Below are positions 25,696 through 38,512 of a stretch of 64,000 nt of DNA, piece by piece. Made by a program: the position numbers and the translations under genes. The notes below the pieces were generated by a model. It made no database searches. It saw only the letters and a list, made by a program, of their open reading frames with translations, and was not told the origin of the DNA. Each line of letters starts with the position of its first letter. Position 1 is the stretch's first letter. The stretch comes from Octopus sinensis (lineage: Eukaryota): contig NC_043011.1 of the NCBI RefSeq assembly GCF_006345805.1, positions 58,974,464 to 59,038,463 on the forward strand, read 5' to 3'.

Positions 25696-26694
25696 CAGGT
25701 TAGCTAATCAATTGTTTTTTTCTGATTTGTGGTGAGTAAATACTTGTTATAGAGTAACTTATTCCGGGCAGTATTACAAGTTGTACAACGTCTTGTTTGT
25801 GCAGATGCTCTCTATGTTTCATGGCATTACGTAACTATAAAGAAGCACCAATTCAGACACATCCATATACCTAACTATAAATTCAGACACATAAAAAAAA
25901 CTGCGAACACTTAGGTTGATATGCAAAAATAAATATAATTTCTATAATTAAAAACGCGGTTGATTAGCAGAAGCTTTATAACCTAGAACAAAATTATAAG
26001 CGGTAAATTGTTCCTAAACGCTTCATTTAGAATAAAAAATTCAGGTCGATGTAAATAACTGCAGCCTCCTTTAGATTTTCTGACCTTGGGCGTAATGATC
26101 ATTATTACTATCACATTTTCCTGGTAACGGATATTTCAAGACCTGGGTTATTATTCTGAATCATACCTACATATTTTGAATCAGGCTACGCGAGAACGAT
26201 TGCCGTAATACCCGGGCGATATCGAACGTCTGCTCTATATCGGATATTATAGAATATCCGATATATTGGATATTTCATCTATCTTTATATTTACTCTTTA
26301 TCAGTAGTAGATTTGTAGCCAGACTGGGGCATCGTCTTTATGTCCTTCACTGTTGCAATATCGTGCTTATTATATTAGTCTCTTTTGCTGAAGAGCTAAT
26401 TTACAGGGACACACCAACGCGACTTGCCAAACGGTCCGAGAGGTAAACGTAAATACAGCGATGCATACATATACATTTATATACATGTATGTGTGCGCGT
26501 ATGTGTATATGTGTATGATATACACACACACGCACGCACATAGATGCACACAAATATATATCTATATCTTTATCTAAATCTATTTATCTGTGTATCTATC
26601 TCGGTGAGACCTCATATACTTTTTATGGCGGTGCCACACCATGGCCACAGCTCGTGAGCTGAAACTAGATGAAAATGAAAAATGAAAAAATTAA

Positions 26695-26716
26695 TCTATC
26701 TATCTATGTATCTATC

Positions 26717-26806
<90 letters not shown>

Positions 26807-26879
26807 GTATCTATCTATGTATGTATGTATGTATGTATGTATCTATGTATGTATGTATCTATCTATGTATCTATCTATG

Positions 26880-26916
<37 letters not shown>

Positions 26917-26942
26917 ATCTATCTATCTATCTATCTATCTAT
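26695..26942. repeat. (ATCT)n/(ATGT)n tetranucleotide array
   Basis: Directly visible. Confidence 0.95.
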
Positions 26943-27417
26943 AATTAATAGGTATTCTTCCTCTGTTAATTGTGGTAAATAATTTCATTTACTAGTTTTA
27001 TTCAATAAATGTATAACATATATAGAGTTTTTTTTTCTTTTTTAAATATCATTAACTTACATTTGACATAACAATGGTAATATATACTAGTATCGATAGG
27101 GGTAAATTTCACAATAATTTAGAAAATTCCCGTAAAGTTTATACAGATTGACGCTTTAATTTAATGTGTTTATAAAATAGTAGATAAGGCTTCCTTTATG
27201 TTTCGTAGTTTCTATATATATCGATATTGTTTAATTTTATTAAGCTTCATGAATTTTTAAAATTTTATAATTTTTTTCCTTTTAAAACCTTTAAAATTTT
27301 ATAAAAAATATATTACGAAGTTATATATATATATATTAGTTTTCATCTTATTTTTCATGAATATATCTTAGAATTTGTAGGATTAAATTGGATCCGTTAA
27401 TAATAATAATAAGAAAA

Positions 27418-27505
27418 ACTTGCCTAATGACGCACTGGGGGATTTGTATATTAGATATAACCAGCTAAAGAAAACCACCTGGGCAGAAACATGTGTAGCG
27501 TTGAT
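27418..27505 (+). mobile_element. Decayed hammerhead-like PLE terminal repeat fragment
   Basis: CTAATGA (CUGAUGA with G5>A) ... CTGGGCA-GAAA-C-ATGT-GTA. Confidence 0.35.
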
Positions 27506-28156
27506 TAACATTATGTTCTTTCCTCACAGACTAATAGCAGGTAAGGTATATGTATTTCTGAAAATATGTTTAAAAATGTTTTAATTAATTCTATTGTACT
27601 TTATTGTTCTTGTATGTTATAGTAGGCTTTAAAATGCTTATATTATTAGATTAGTATTTTGAATATAATTTTTTATGTGTACTCCAGAAAATATGGTTGT
27701 CCTGAAATTGAGGTTGTGGTCCGGTTGGTAAAATCCCAAATTCGTAACAATATTATATACAGATATATATATATATATATTCGAAGACAGAGAAGCGGTG
27801 GGGAAAGAAAAGTATTTAACGTCAAACAATACAAACACACAACGCTATTGAAACGCATACATTAACGGGAATATGGAAAAATAAAGATAAATATCTCAGT
27901 AAATCAAAATTCCAATCGTTACACATCTTAAGTAAACATCAACAAATCTTTATAAATAACTACGAAAGATGCCAACATATTTTCTGTTGACTTTGAATGG
28001 TGAAACCGCATTGCCAAAAGTGAATCGCAAACAATTAGGTTCTTATTTAGCCCAAGCACACACATCACCTGTTAACAACTGAGGGTCGGCAGCATTTTAT
28101 TTTCTCTACAACTACGTCTCACATATAAGTGAAATTGTAACTTATATAGACACACA

Positions 28157-28189
<33 letters not shown>

Positions 28190-28561
28190 ACACACACACA
28201 TACATACGAACACACGTACACACACACGTACAGATACAAGCATATATATTTTATTTTATAGAATTCGCACAGATATTGGGGACTTAGCATGGAATGAGTT
28301 CTAATCCCCGAGGAAAAATCTAGAATAAAATACAGTGTTTGAACGTCTCAAATGCGAATCTAAAATGTTGACAGTGTAGAGTAAATGTTCAACCTCCTGG
28401 TATTTTACATTTGTTTTACTCATTGAAATGTGGCCATGCTGGGGCACCACATTGAACAGCTGAGAAAACCGTTACTACTACTTATATGCTGATACTTTTT
28501 CTAACAGACACTTTTACTGGAGTAATGATTAATGGGGATTGATGTCATTTCCATTATAGAC

Positions 28562-28941
28562 AATGACTGTGGCCATGCTGGAGCACTGCTTTTTTAGTCG
28601 AACGAATCGACCCCAGGACTTACTCTTTGTAAGCCTGGCACTTATTCTATCGGTCTCTTTTGCCGAACCGCTAAATTGCGGGGACGCAAACACACCAGCA
28701 TCGGTTGTCAAGCGATGTTGGGGGGACACATATACACAAACCTATACACACACACATACATTTATATATATATGTATACAACGGGCTTCTTTCAGTTTCC
28801 GTCTACCAAATCCACTCACAAGGCTTTGGTGAGCCCGAGGCTATAGTAGAAGACACTCGCGCAATGTGCCATGCGGTGGGACTGAACCCAGAACCATGTG
28901 GTCCGTAAGTAAGCTACTTATCACACACCCACTCCTACGCC
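28562..28941 (-). mobile_element. SINE family A
   Basis: Near-complete reverse-complement match to 845-1220. Confidence 0.9.
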
Positions 28942-28979
28942 ACTATATATATATATGTATGTATGTAAATATATATATA

Positions 28980-29011
<32 letters not shown>

Positions 29012-30233
29012 GTGAGATAGATAGATAGATGGATAGAGAGATATAATCAGAGAGAGAGAAAAAGAGAGAGAGAAATAGATAGGTGGATAGTTGGATGAAT
29101 GGATAGATCGGCATAAATCTGCTGCCAAATAGACTTACAGCTGACACATCTAATTCTTGATGACCAAGAACATCTTTGAAGGAATTACGAAATGTCCACG
29201 CAACAAGGTGTTCCATCCTCTGCCTATTTTGTCTCCCAGCCAATCTAGTCTTCTCTCGCTAGATCTATTTTCACTTACGTTCCATATTCCGTTCTAACAA
29301 TTTCCAATTACTTGCCGTTATTCAAACCTAATACTAACAACATCAGCCTAAGCAATCTGGGTATTAATGTCAATGTCAAAAGACCGACCTTCTCCCGCAT
29401 ATGCACAAATATCAGACTAATATTTTAAAATATAATTAACAGAAATATCTATGGGGGCGATGTTAGTGGTGCTTGCTTTATTTACAGTTGGTGACATTCA
29501 TCGTTAAAAGGAAAACAAAACACGAAAACCTTTAGTATCAGAAATGGCGCTCCCGTTATCTAAAATTTCTTTCAATAACCACAACTTGTTTATCAATTAT
29601 TTACACCTTCATAATGTTTAATAAACAAGTAGATGTCGAACATTTAATGGAATTCATAAACGTCTTTTAATGTGTTTACGTTTTAGAGAATTTCGTCATG
29701 CTAAATGAACATTTTTATTCCAAAGCATCGAAAAATCATTAATTTACATGCAATATTTTGGAGACGTAATTGGAAAATGTCTACGGTTAATACATCTACG
29801 TTGGAACCATACGATCTGAGAGTACAGTATTTTTGCAGTATCTCTATCGATTTACTTGTTATTTCTTGATTATTTTTTGTAATGTATCGAGATATCCGGA
29901 ATGAAAATGTAAAACAATTTTGAAACTATTTCTGTTGCATCTACAAGAAAAACAAAGCCATAATATTTTTAGGCTACGATTTAGTTATTGGTTGGTTTCA
30001 TTTTTATAATTTTATGCTTAAGTTGTTTTATCTGAGTTCACTAGAAAGGAAAACATGTTCGGTCTCTCATTTGGCCAACATATTCTTCTGTTTTTACTGT
30101 TATTGCTACAATACATTGAAAGACACTAATACAAAACGATCTGCATCTGTCTCCATCCCGTATTTATGTGCATTCAAGGTCGTGTTATCAATTCTCCAAG
30201 GCGGTAAATAGACGTTTACCGCCTTGAGCAAGA

Positions 30234-30468
30234 AAGGTGGCGAGCTGGCAGAAACGTTAGCACGTCGGGCGAAATGCGTAGCCGTATTTCGTCTGCCGCT
30301 ACGTTCTGAGTTCAAATTCCGCCGAGGTCGTCTTAGCCTATCATCCTTTCAAGATCGATAAATTAAGTACCAGTTACACACTGAGCTCGATGTGATCGAC
30401 TTAATCCGTTTGTCTGATCTTGTTTGTCCCCTCTATGTTTAGCTCCTTGTGGATAGTAAAGAAATAGG
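30234..30468 (+). mobile_element. SINE family B, monomer
   Basis: Head GGCGAGCTGGCAGAAACGTTAGCACG, B box GAGTTCAAATTCC, tail AAAGAAATAGG. Confidence 0.9.
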
Positions 30469-31494
30469 TAAATGGACGTTTACTGATATTTAACTGCTAT
30501 GTCAGCCACTAGTACGGCCCGAATATTATTTATTTTCTATCTATTATATACATCATTTCATAAACTTTAAATTGTAGAGGAGCCAACAAACTATATACAC
30601 ACGCTATAAGCTAAATTCAACAACATATGCAGACGATTTACTCAACAATTTTATAAAGCAAACACTGCTGAAAGTATTGAGAGAATTCTGCCTTGAAATA
30701 CTGTATAATTCGATATCTAAATATTTTAATATCTGACGGAAAATAACATCAGATACGGAAACAAATTAATGCTCTTCCTCTGGCTGGCTGCCTGGTACGT
30801 TACGGACTCAGCCATTCCTCTTGTCCTTCGCCATATATTATGTCCAAATTGATCTCCTAAATGAAATCACAATTGTAATACTTAAGGAGTTAGAAAAGCT
30901 TCGTAAATTGATACTGCCTTTCGTGAATGTTGTTACGATGAGGGTAAAATTACTAACTGTTAAATGGACTACATGAATGTCTGCTCTTGATGTTAACAAT
31001 TTCTGAACACTTACTAAATACACACACACGCATATGTACGTAGCGAGAGAGAAAGAGAAAAGAGGTAGATAGATAGGTAGGTAGGTAGATCGATACATAC
31101 ATACATACTTACATACATACATACATACATGCATGCATACATACATACATACATACATATAACATGCAGATGAAGTTTGACGTCTGGTAGGGCAGATGCC
31201 ACCATTAACAAATTTAAATTTTCACCCTTTCATGTTTAAATGGAAACAATAACCAGTTATATATTGAGGTTGATCTAACACTACACGAAATTTTCTACCG
31301 ATCTTCATAGAAATTATGTCCTTTCTATTTAATGTACCAGGAGGTTATTTCTTGCGTTCCATATCTCACCATTCAAAATTAATCATATTAATGTTGACAG
31401 TTATACAGTATGAATGCTATTGACTAACGCGACGCAACTAAAGAATGAAGTAGACATCCATTATATAAGTTTCACTACCCACCCCGTTACACAC

Positions 31495-31521
31495 ACACGC
31501 GCGCACACACAGACACACACG

Positions 31522-31589
<68 letters not shown>

Positions 31590-31629
31590 TGTATATATAT
31601 GTATATATACATATACATATATATATATG

Positions 31630-31678
<49 letters not shown>

Positions 31679-31784
31679 GTATATATATGTATATATATAT
31701 ACATATATATATGTATACATATATATATATATATTATATATATATATATATATACATACACACACACACTCACGCACACACACA

Positions 31785-31860
<76 letters not shown>
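31495..31860. repeat. (CA)n/(AT)n microsatellite block
   Basis: Directly visible; source of the IYIY ORFs. Confidence 0.95.
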
Positions 31861-32862
31861 TTATGTATATTTAAGTTTAATTAGGTTTTATATGAGGCCA
31901 CAAATGGCTGCAGAAAGACATAAAGTTTTACTTCTGTCCAATATCTGATAAGTAAAAGAAAGAAAACAAAATGAATTTCACTTCCAGCATAGCAAAATTA
32001 TCCGAATAGTTGTTGATAGGAATCTTTTAAACCTGAATTGACATGTTATTAAGTGAAAAATTGTTAGAGTCATAACATTAAAATCTATCCGTAATTTTAC
32101 TGAAATGTATTTGGCTTGTGGTTTACCGATGCAAACACAGATAAACCATTCTATATATTTAAGCAACAATAACAGTAACAGCAACAACGACACTAAAATG
32201 ATAAATAGGGATGCACGCATCTTATATGACACAAATATGCACACTCATTAAACTAATAAGATATTGCATATTATGATATGCATATAGGTATACATACATA
32301 CTTCTTAATTCATTCACATGCTGACAACAATAAATGGCTTATATACACTATTACGCACATGGAGTTGTGCATTAATTTTAAAGTTTGTTCCCTAGCATGA
32401 CTAAATTGTAAAGCAATTATTTAGTATACTAGAATGATGTATCAACTTGAATTTCCCATCTGTATTTATCAAATGTTCTTTTCAATTGGTAGACTGCATT
32501 TTAATACTTAACTTTGTATTGCTCTGAAGAGAAGATAATGGCGGACGTTATGTAGTGTTCCATGTTGTTTTAAAATTTTCGGTATTTATTAACTTGCTGA
32601 CGTTCCTGAATAAACCTGCGCCATTATAATATGAATAACTTCCATATTCTTTGCAGGAAACCCAATGCTTCAGACGCTTGCTTCCATACATCTAATAAGT
32701 AATACATATCTCATCAGTCTAATGGATTCATATTTATTAAACTTTGGTCTTGTCATCGATTTTGGATAGTTGTCGACTAGAGCTTCGTTTTAATGTCAGA
32801 AGGGTTGCTCGATTTTCCGCTATAGGTATAAGAACCATTTAGAAAAATAGAACGAGATCTTC

Positions 32863-33013
32863 TGGCAGTGTGGTAAATAGCTTCCTGATCAACAACATGG
32901 TTCTGGTTTCAATCCCACTGCGTGGAATCTTGGGCGAGTGTCTTCTATTATAGACTCGGGCGGACCAAATCCTTGTGAGTGGATTCGGTTGACGGAAACT
33001 GGAAGAAGACCGT

Positions 33014-33044
<31 letters not shown>

Positions 33045-33270
33045 GTGTGTGAGTGTGTGTGTGTTTGTGTGTGTGTGCCTCAACCACCTCTTGACAACCG
33101 ATGTTGGTGTGCTTACGTCCCCGTAACCTAACAGTTCGGTAAAGACACCGATAGAATAAGTACTTGATTTACAGCAAATAAGTCGTGGGATCGATTCGTT
33201 CGACTTTTCAAGGCGGCGCTCCACTATGGCCTCGTCAAATAGCTGAAACAAATAAAAGTATAAAAGAATG
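32863..33270 (+). mobile_element. SINE family A
   Basis: Full-length match to the family. Confidence 0.9.
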
Positions 33271-33437
33271 AAGAACGAAAGAAATTGAAAGCACAAACTG
33301 AATTTTATATAAACAGAGTCTATTGTGACGTGCGCGTTATATTTGAGGTAAAGCAGCTAAACTATAAGCGAGTATAAAGGGTAACCATCACAAGAAAGTT
33401 TATACAGTTCTATATTTAAGAGATGAGAAATTATGTA

Positions 33438-33653
33438 CATTATTTACATTATTTACATTTGACGGATATTTGTCCTCATCGTGTTTGTTGTTAATGCAAC
33501 GTATATGTTGATATACCCTCCAGCCTTCATCGGTGTCTGGTGAAATTTCAAACTCGCTAGGGTATTTTTCGATGTTATATCAGCCGAAACGTTGTGTTAA
33601 CAACAAAGAAGATGAGGACAAATATCCGTCAAATGTAAATAATGTAAATAATG
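33438..33653. mobile_element. Fold-back of two inverted PLE-like terminal repeat fragments with split hammerhead-like halves
   Basis: Arms CATTATTTACATTATTTACATTTGACGGATATTTGTCCTCATC vs GATGAGGACAAATATCCGTCAAATGTAAATAATGTAAATAATG; minus strand CCGATGAAGGCTG, plus strand CAGCCGAAAC. Confidence 0.7.
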
Positions 33654-34180
33654 AAGAAAGTTTATGCAAGACAGTAATATTCAAACGCCGATGGCAATTA
33701 TGTTTGATAACACAGTGTTAAGATCTAAACAAAAGAGAGTTATTTTATTAAGTTTACCCAAAATTATTAAGCTCACCCAAATTTCAAGCTCACAACATAT
33801 AATAATATTAATACAATGTAATTAACTTCAACTGGTTCTGCCTTGTTCAAAATTATTCAGAAATAAATCCACGAAAATTGCACCGTTACACCAGAGCATG
33901 CAAGCATAACCTAGACATGTTTCTCCAAGAAATATCAACAGAGAACACCGACACACGAACGCATCTCAACAAACACTAACTTCCTGCATGAGTAGGCTAC
34001 CATGTCTTAAAGCTTGCTTTAAAAGGCTATTCCAGGTGGTGCTATTCAGTCATGACATGAACCAATAAGGGTCAAACCAGTATATGTTACGTAAGTTATA
34101 ATATAAGGCTTTCAATTCTAGTCAAATATTGTGTTGTGGAAAGCCGTTGATAATGATCTTTATCAACATTAAGTAAATAA

Positions 34181-34390
34181 GGTGGTGTGCTGGCAGAATC
34201 ATTAGCACACTGGGTGACATACTTAGCGGTATTTAATCCGTCTTTCCTTTCTGAGTTCAAATCCTGACGGAGTTCACTTTTCCTTTCATCCATTCGGGGT
34301 CGATAAAATAAGTATCACTTGGATTCTGGGAATGATTTAATCGACATATCCACTCCCTGCTGCTGCTGGACATGTTCCTAAATTTGAAGC
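34181..34390 (+). mobile_element. Decayed SINE family B
   Basis: GCTGGCAGAATCATTAGCAC, CTGAGTTCAAATCC, CATCCATTCGGGGTCGATAAAATAAGTA. Confidence 0.8.
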
Positions 34391-35644
34391 CAATATGTTA
34401 CAGGGAATATCAATGCATTTAAGGTACCATTTGTATAATGCTTCAACATACAGTCACATTTTCTCAAAGCGGAATTAGAACATTTTGCCTTCTCTATCAT
34501 TAATAATGTTAACTTTGAGACACTTTTACCGTTTGGTACAAATTTTTCAATGAGAATTATTCAACAACATTAAACAGATACTTCTAATATTCTAATAACA
34601 ATATCGACATTACCAGACCATAGTCGACATGCAGCGCCTCATCAGGTAAGTGCCAACTGGCAGTACGCACATTATTGTGTGGAAGTAATTAGCCTGCGGT
34701 TATAGCAAAATTATTATAATTTCATAAAAAATCATTGCAAGATTATTTGAATCATTCTAAGTTAAGACGTACAAAGTCTGTAATATTCTGTCACAGAATT
34801 TGTCTTAGAGCATGTTATGCACTTTATTTGGTTCATTGTATCCAACAAATTACTTCCAAATGCGACAAATATAGCTAATGAGGTTTTCATGATTCTTAAA
34901 ACAACTTAAACAACAGCCACCAGTTAACAAAAAAATTGATATTTTTAATTACACTCTGATCATTTTAAAATATATTTCAGTCCACTTCGTAAGCAAATTT
35001 ATCCACAAAACCTGACAGCAAAGCAAGACAGCATTTCATGGTATTTTTCTAATATTAGCACAACTTATGAAGCTAATATTGTAATAAATCCGTCTTCTCT
35101 TTAGTTTCAACGACGAAATTATTTTTCTTTATTAAATAATGTAAATAGGTTTCAGGAAAGAATAATTCATGATTCCAATCAAAAATGCGGTCACCAGCAA
35201 AATTAAGATTACTCTCACTAGAACTCTATATGAATCGACCATTTCATCACTTCACTCATCCGGAAAGATAGGGGCGTGTATTTTAATTAGAATCGGTAAT
35301 TTATTTGCATGCGATTTCAAATCTAGCAATTTAATTTTTGGCACATTGAAAAGCAAAATGTTGATCTAGCAGCAAACAAAAGACGGAATTAACGAAGGGA
35401 GATTTTGGTATTAAATAAAGCTTATGAAAAATTCAGAGAATTAAAAGAAATAACAAAGAATGTTCCGCAGGAAATGTTGATAGCATTGTGGAAGTTTCTT
35501 ACGTAAATCATTCGAAATATGTTGATAATCTAAGCGGCGGCCTCCTGAATATGATTAGCATATATGTAACACTGTTATCTGTTCAACGAAATTCAGGCTT
35601 CGTTTTCTTTCTATTGCAAGTCGTTTTCTTTTCTCTTCCACTCG

Positions 35645-36045
35645 TTTTCATCATCATCATCATAATCATCATCACCACCACCACCACCATCACCATTATC
35701 ATCATCAGCAGCAGCATCATCATCATCGTCGTTGTCAACATCATCATCAACATCATCACCACCACCACACCATTATCATCCTCATCACCACCACCACCAC
35801 CACCACCACATTATCATGATCATCATCATCGTCGTCGTCGTCGTCGTCGTTGTCATCATCATCATCATCGTCATCATTATTATCAACATCATCGTCCTCG
35901 TCATCACCAATTTCCTTCTTCCATCTCAAACTCAATTTAGCTCGGAAACTGTCACTAAACAAACATTGCGACTGCTATCGTGTCCTTCGTATGCTTCATC
36001 TGTGTCGATGACATCATCTTCATCGTCGCTACCATCCTAATCATT

Positions 36046-36086
<41 letters not shown>

Positions 36087-36265
36087 AATTATCACCATCA
36101 ACTACTACAACCAGCGTTAACGCCATCATCAATTTAACGATCAGCAGTTCGATACACTATCTTTTCTATAGGTGCTGTCCTCCTACTTCTCATCATTATC
36201 ATCATCATCTTCACCATCACAATCGTCGCCACCACCTCTATCATCATCATCATCATCATCATCAT
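35645..36265. repeat. (CAT/CAC/CGT)n degenerate triplet tract
   Basis: Directly visible. Confidence 0.9.
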
Positions 36266-36289
36266 ATAAGGGGATAAACGAAGAATTTT

Positions 36290-38100
36290 GTACATTTCAA
36301 GAATTTCATTTAATCGCCTTCAAATGCAATCACATTTTCACAAAATTATACCTCTTGGGCACACGTATATTTCTCGCAGGAGTTCTACCTCCGCTGGCAA
36401 CACCTTAGAAATACCTTCTCTGAAATGGCCTTGAGTTTGGTCGTCGCTTTACTCACTATTTCCTCCTGCGACAGCAGTCAGTTTAGTTTCGTTGTGGTTT
36501 TCAGACTGGGGAAGAACCAGAAGTCGGGAGAGTAGTGAGCATGTCGAAGAAGTGATGAGATTTTTGTTGATCAGGAAAGCTTGGATTATATGGGCAGAAT
36601 GAACGGGTATATTTTCATGGTGAAGTTAGCAATTCTTCACCGCGTACAACTCCGGTCGCTTTCTACTCGGAGCATCACAAAGGCGATGTATATCCACCAG
36701 AGAGTAGGCTTTATTGATTGTTTGGTCTTGTGGAGTCAAAGAATCAGTTCAAAATTAGCTGCACGGAGATGTAAACCTGCCGCGCTTCTGTTTGGGTCTT
36801 GGTTATGACGATTGCTTCTATAGGAAAAACTAGTTATTTGTTTCCGAGTCATAACCATAAACGCACATCTCACCGTATGATATGCTTGTCTTCATAGAGT
36901 CGGCGTCGTGGTTTCCACAGACCAGCATGTCCTCCATCATTACCATTGCCATGCAGAGTTGCTTTTGCTGCTCCGTAAGCAACTTGGGGACGAATTTCGT
37001 CCACACTCTCCCCTTTAACAAATCTTCCGCTAAAATGGAATACACTGATTCTGTGCTTATTTCAACTCCGTTAGCAATTTCCTAGATTGATTGTTACATG
37101 ATAGTATTCTGCGACTATGTAAGGCGGTGAGCTGGCAGAAACGTTAGCACGCCGGGCGAAATTTCTAGCGGTATTTCGTCTGCGTTACGTTGTGAGTTCA
37201 TATTCCGCTGAGGTTGACTTTGCCTTTCATCCTTTCGGGGTCGATAAATTAAGTACCAGTTACGCACTGGGGTCGATGTAATCGACTTAATACCTATGTC
37301 TGTCCTTGTTTGTCCCCTCTGTGTTTAGCCCCATGTGGGTAATAAAGAAATAGGTATTTCCTCTGCCGTTACGTTCAAGGTTCGCCGAGGTCGACTTTGC
37401 CTTTCATCCTTTCGGGGTCGATAAATTAAGTACCGGTTGCGCACTGGGTTCTATATAATCAACTTAATCCGTTTGTCTGTCCTTGTTTGTCCTCTCTGTG
37501 TTTATCCCCTTGTGGGTAGTAAAGAAATAGGTATTTCGTCTGCTGTTACGTTCTGAGTTCAAATTCCGCCGAGGTCGACTTTGCCTTTCATCTTTCGGAG
37601 TCATAAAATTAAGTACCAGTTACGCACTGGGGTCGATATAATCGACTTAATCCGTTTGTCCCTCTTTGTTTGTCCTCTCTGTGTTTAGCCCCTTGTGGGT
37701 TGTGAAGAAATAAGTATTCTGCGACTATTCGCCGAACCTTCTCAATCGGCCGCTCGTGTGGGCTCGTGGGTGGCCTGGATAAGCGTACCTCGCTCTCTAG
37801 TGAGAGGCGGTTGTACCACAATTTGGGCTGCGTTTGGCTCATGTCATCATCGCCAAAGCTTGTGGAACTTGTGTAGCACCAAGCCCTTGAGAATTAGTAT
37901 TGCAATATCTCTGCTCGTTGCAATCGGACGAAACGAATCCGACGAGCACGCTCTACACATCAGTACTCTAGGCATTAGGGCAGGGAACCGACGCAACTCA
38001 TGCACAGGAAGGGTGACTTCACCTCCATTCCAAGGTATTTTGTTCAAGTGGATTTATGTTTGTTGGGAAATAATAAATTCGGATACATTTTGAACGCATC
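36290..38100 (-). mobile_element. Decayed mariner (Tc1/mariner) transposon interrupted by a SINE trimer
   Basis: Minus-strand fragments FGDDDMSQTQPKLWYNR..SRPPTS..EKVRRIVAEY, ILAEDL..KFVPKLLTEQQKQ, GEMCVYGYDSET (DETW region) and YSPDFWFFPSLK (YSPDL motif). Confidence 0.85.
37119..37712 (+). mobile_element. SINE family B: one head plus three tandem ~180-bp bodies, flanked by a 16-bp TSD
   Basis: AGTATTCTGCGACTAT at 37103-37118 and 37713-37728; unit junction GGTATTTC at 37170, 37353 and 37530. Confidence 0.92.
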
Positions 38101-38418
38101 TCATTCAATAATAGCTATTATATTTTAAATGTCTTATTTCTGTTTTTTACAGTTTTTTTTTTGTTTCTGCATTTTAATTAATTCTATTATTTTCCTAATT
38201 TATAATGTTGTTGATCTAGTCTTTTCGCTAATTTTCTATCGCCCAGACAAGCCTTGATTGAATATACCAATAACGAAAGCAATCCATATACGGGTAGCCG
38301 CTATCATCTATTAGACACACCCACCATTCAATGGGTTCCCAAATTATTTGGTTACCTCCTTCCACCAAATAGGTGTCAATGCAGAAACTCTGCCCCATTC
38401 TGGTTACCAGAAGACCAT

Positions 38419-38512
38419 TTATGAGACATTTATACGTCTCCCATAATATTTCAGGGACACTTATATATGTCCCATAATACTTATGAGACAATTGTATGTG
38501 TCCCATAATATT
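38419..38512. repeat. ~31-bp minisatellite x3, each unit a mini-hairpin
   Basis: TTATGAGACA..GTCTCCCATAATA / TCAGGGACA..TGTCCCATAATA / TTATGAGACA..TGTCCCATAATA. Confidence 0.75.

Noticed and set aside
26236-26265. 13-bp hairpin as a Helitron 3' terminus
   Set aside because: No downstream CTRR end and no other Helitron evidence
31414-31948. Many long [12 protein letters not shown] ORFs (also ~620-2150, 16830-17090, 26670-26950, 44450-45080, 46750-47175, 54390-54660, 56000-56420)
   Set aside because: They are translations of stop-free (AT)n, (GT)n and (ATCT)n microsatellites
35488-36408. Poly-His/Ser/Asp/Ile ORFs (also 11586-11989 and 61543-61961)
   Set aside because: Degenerate triplet repeats open in several frames on both strands, with no splice or domain support
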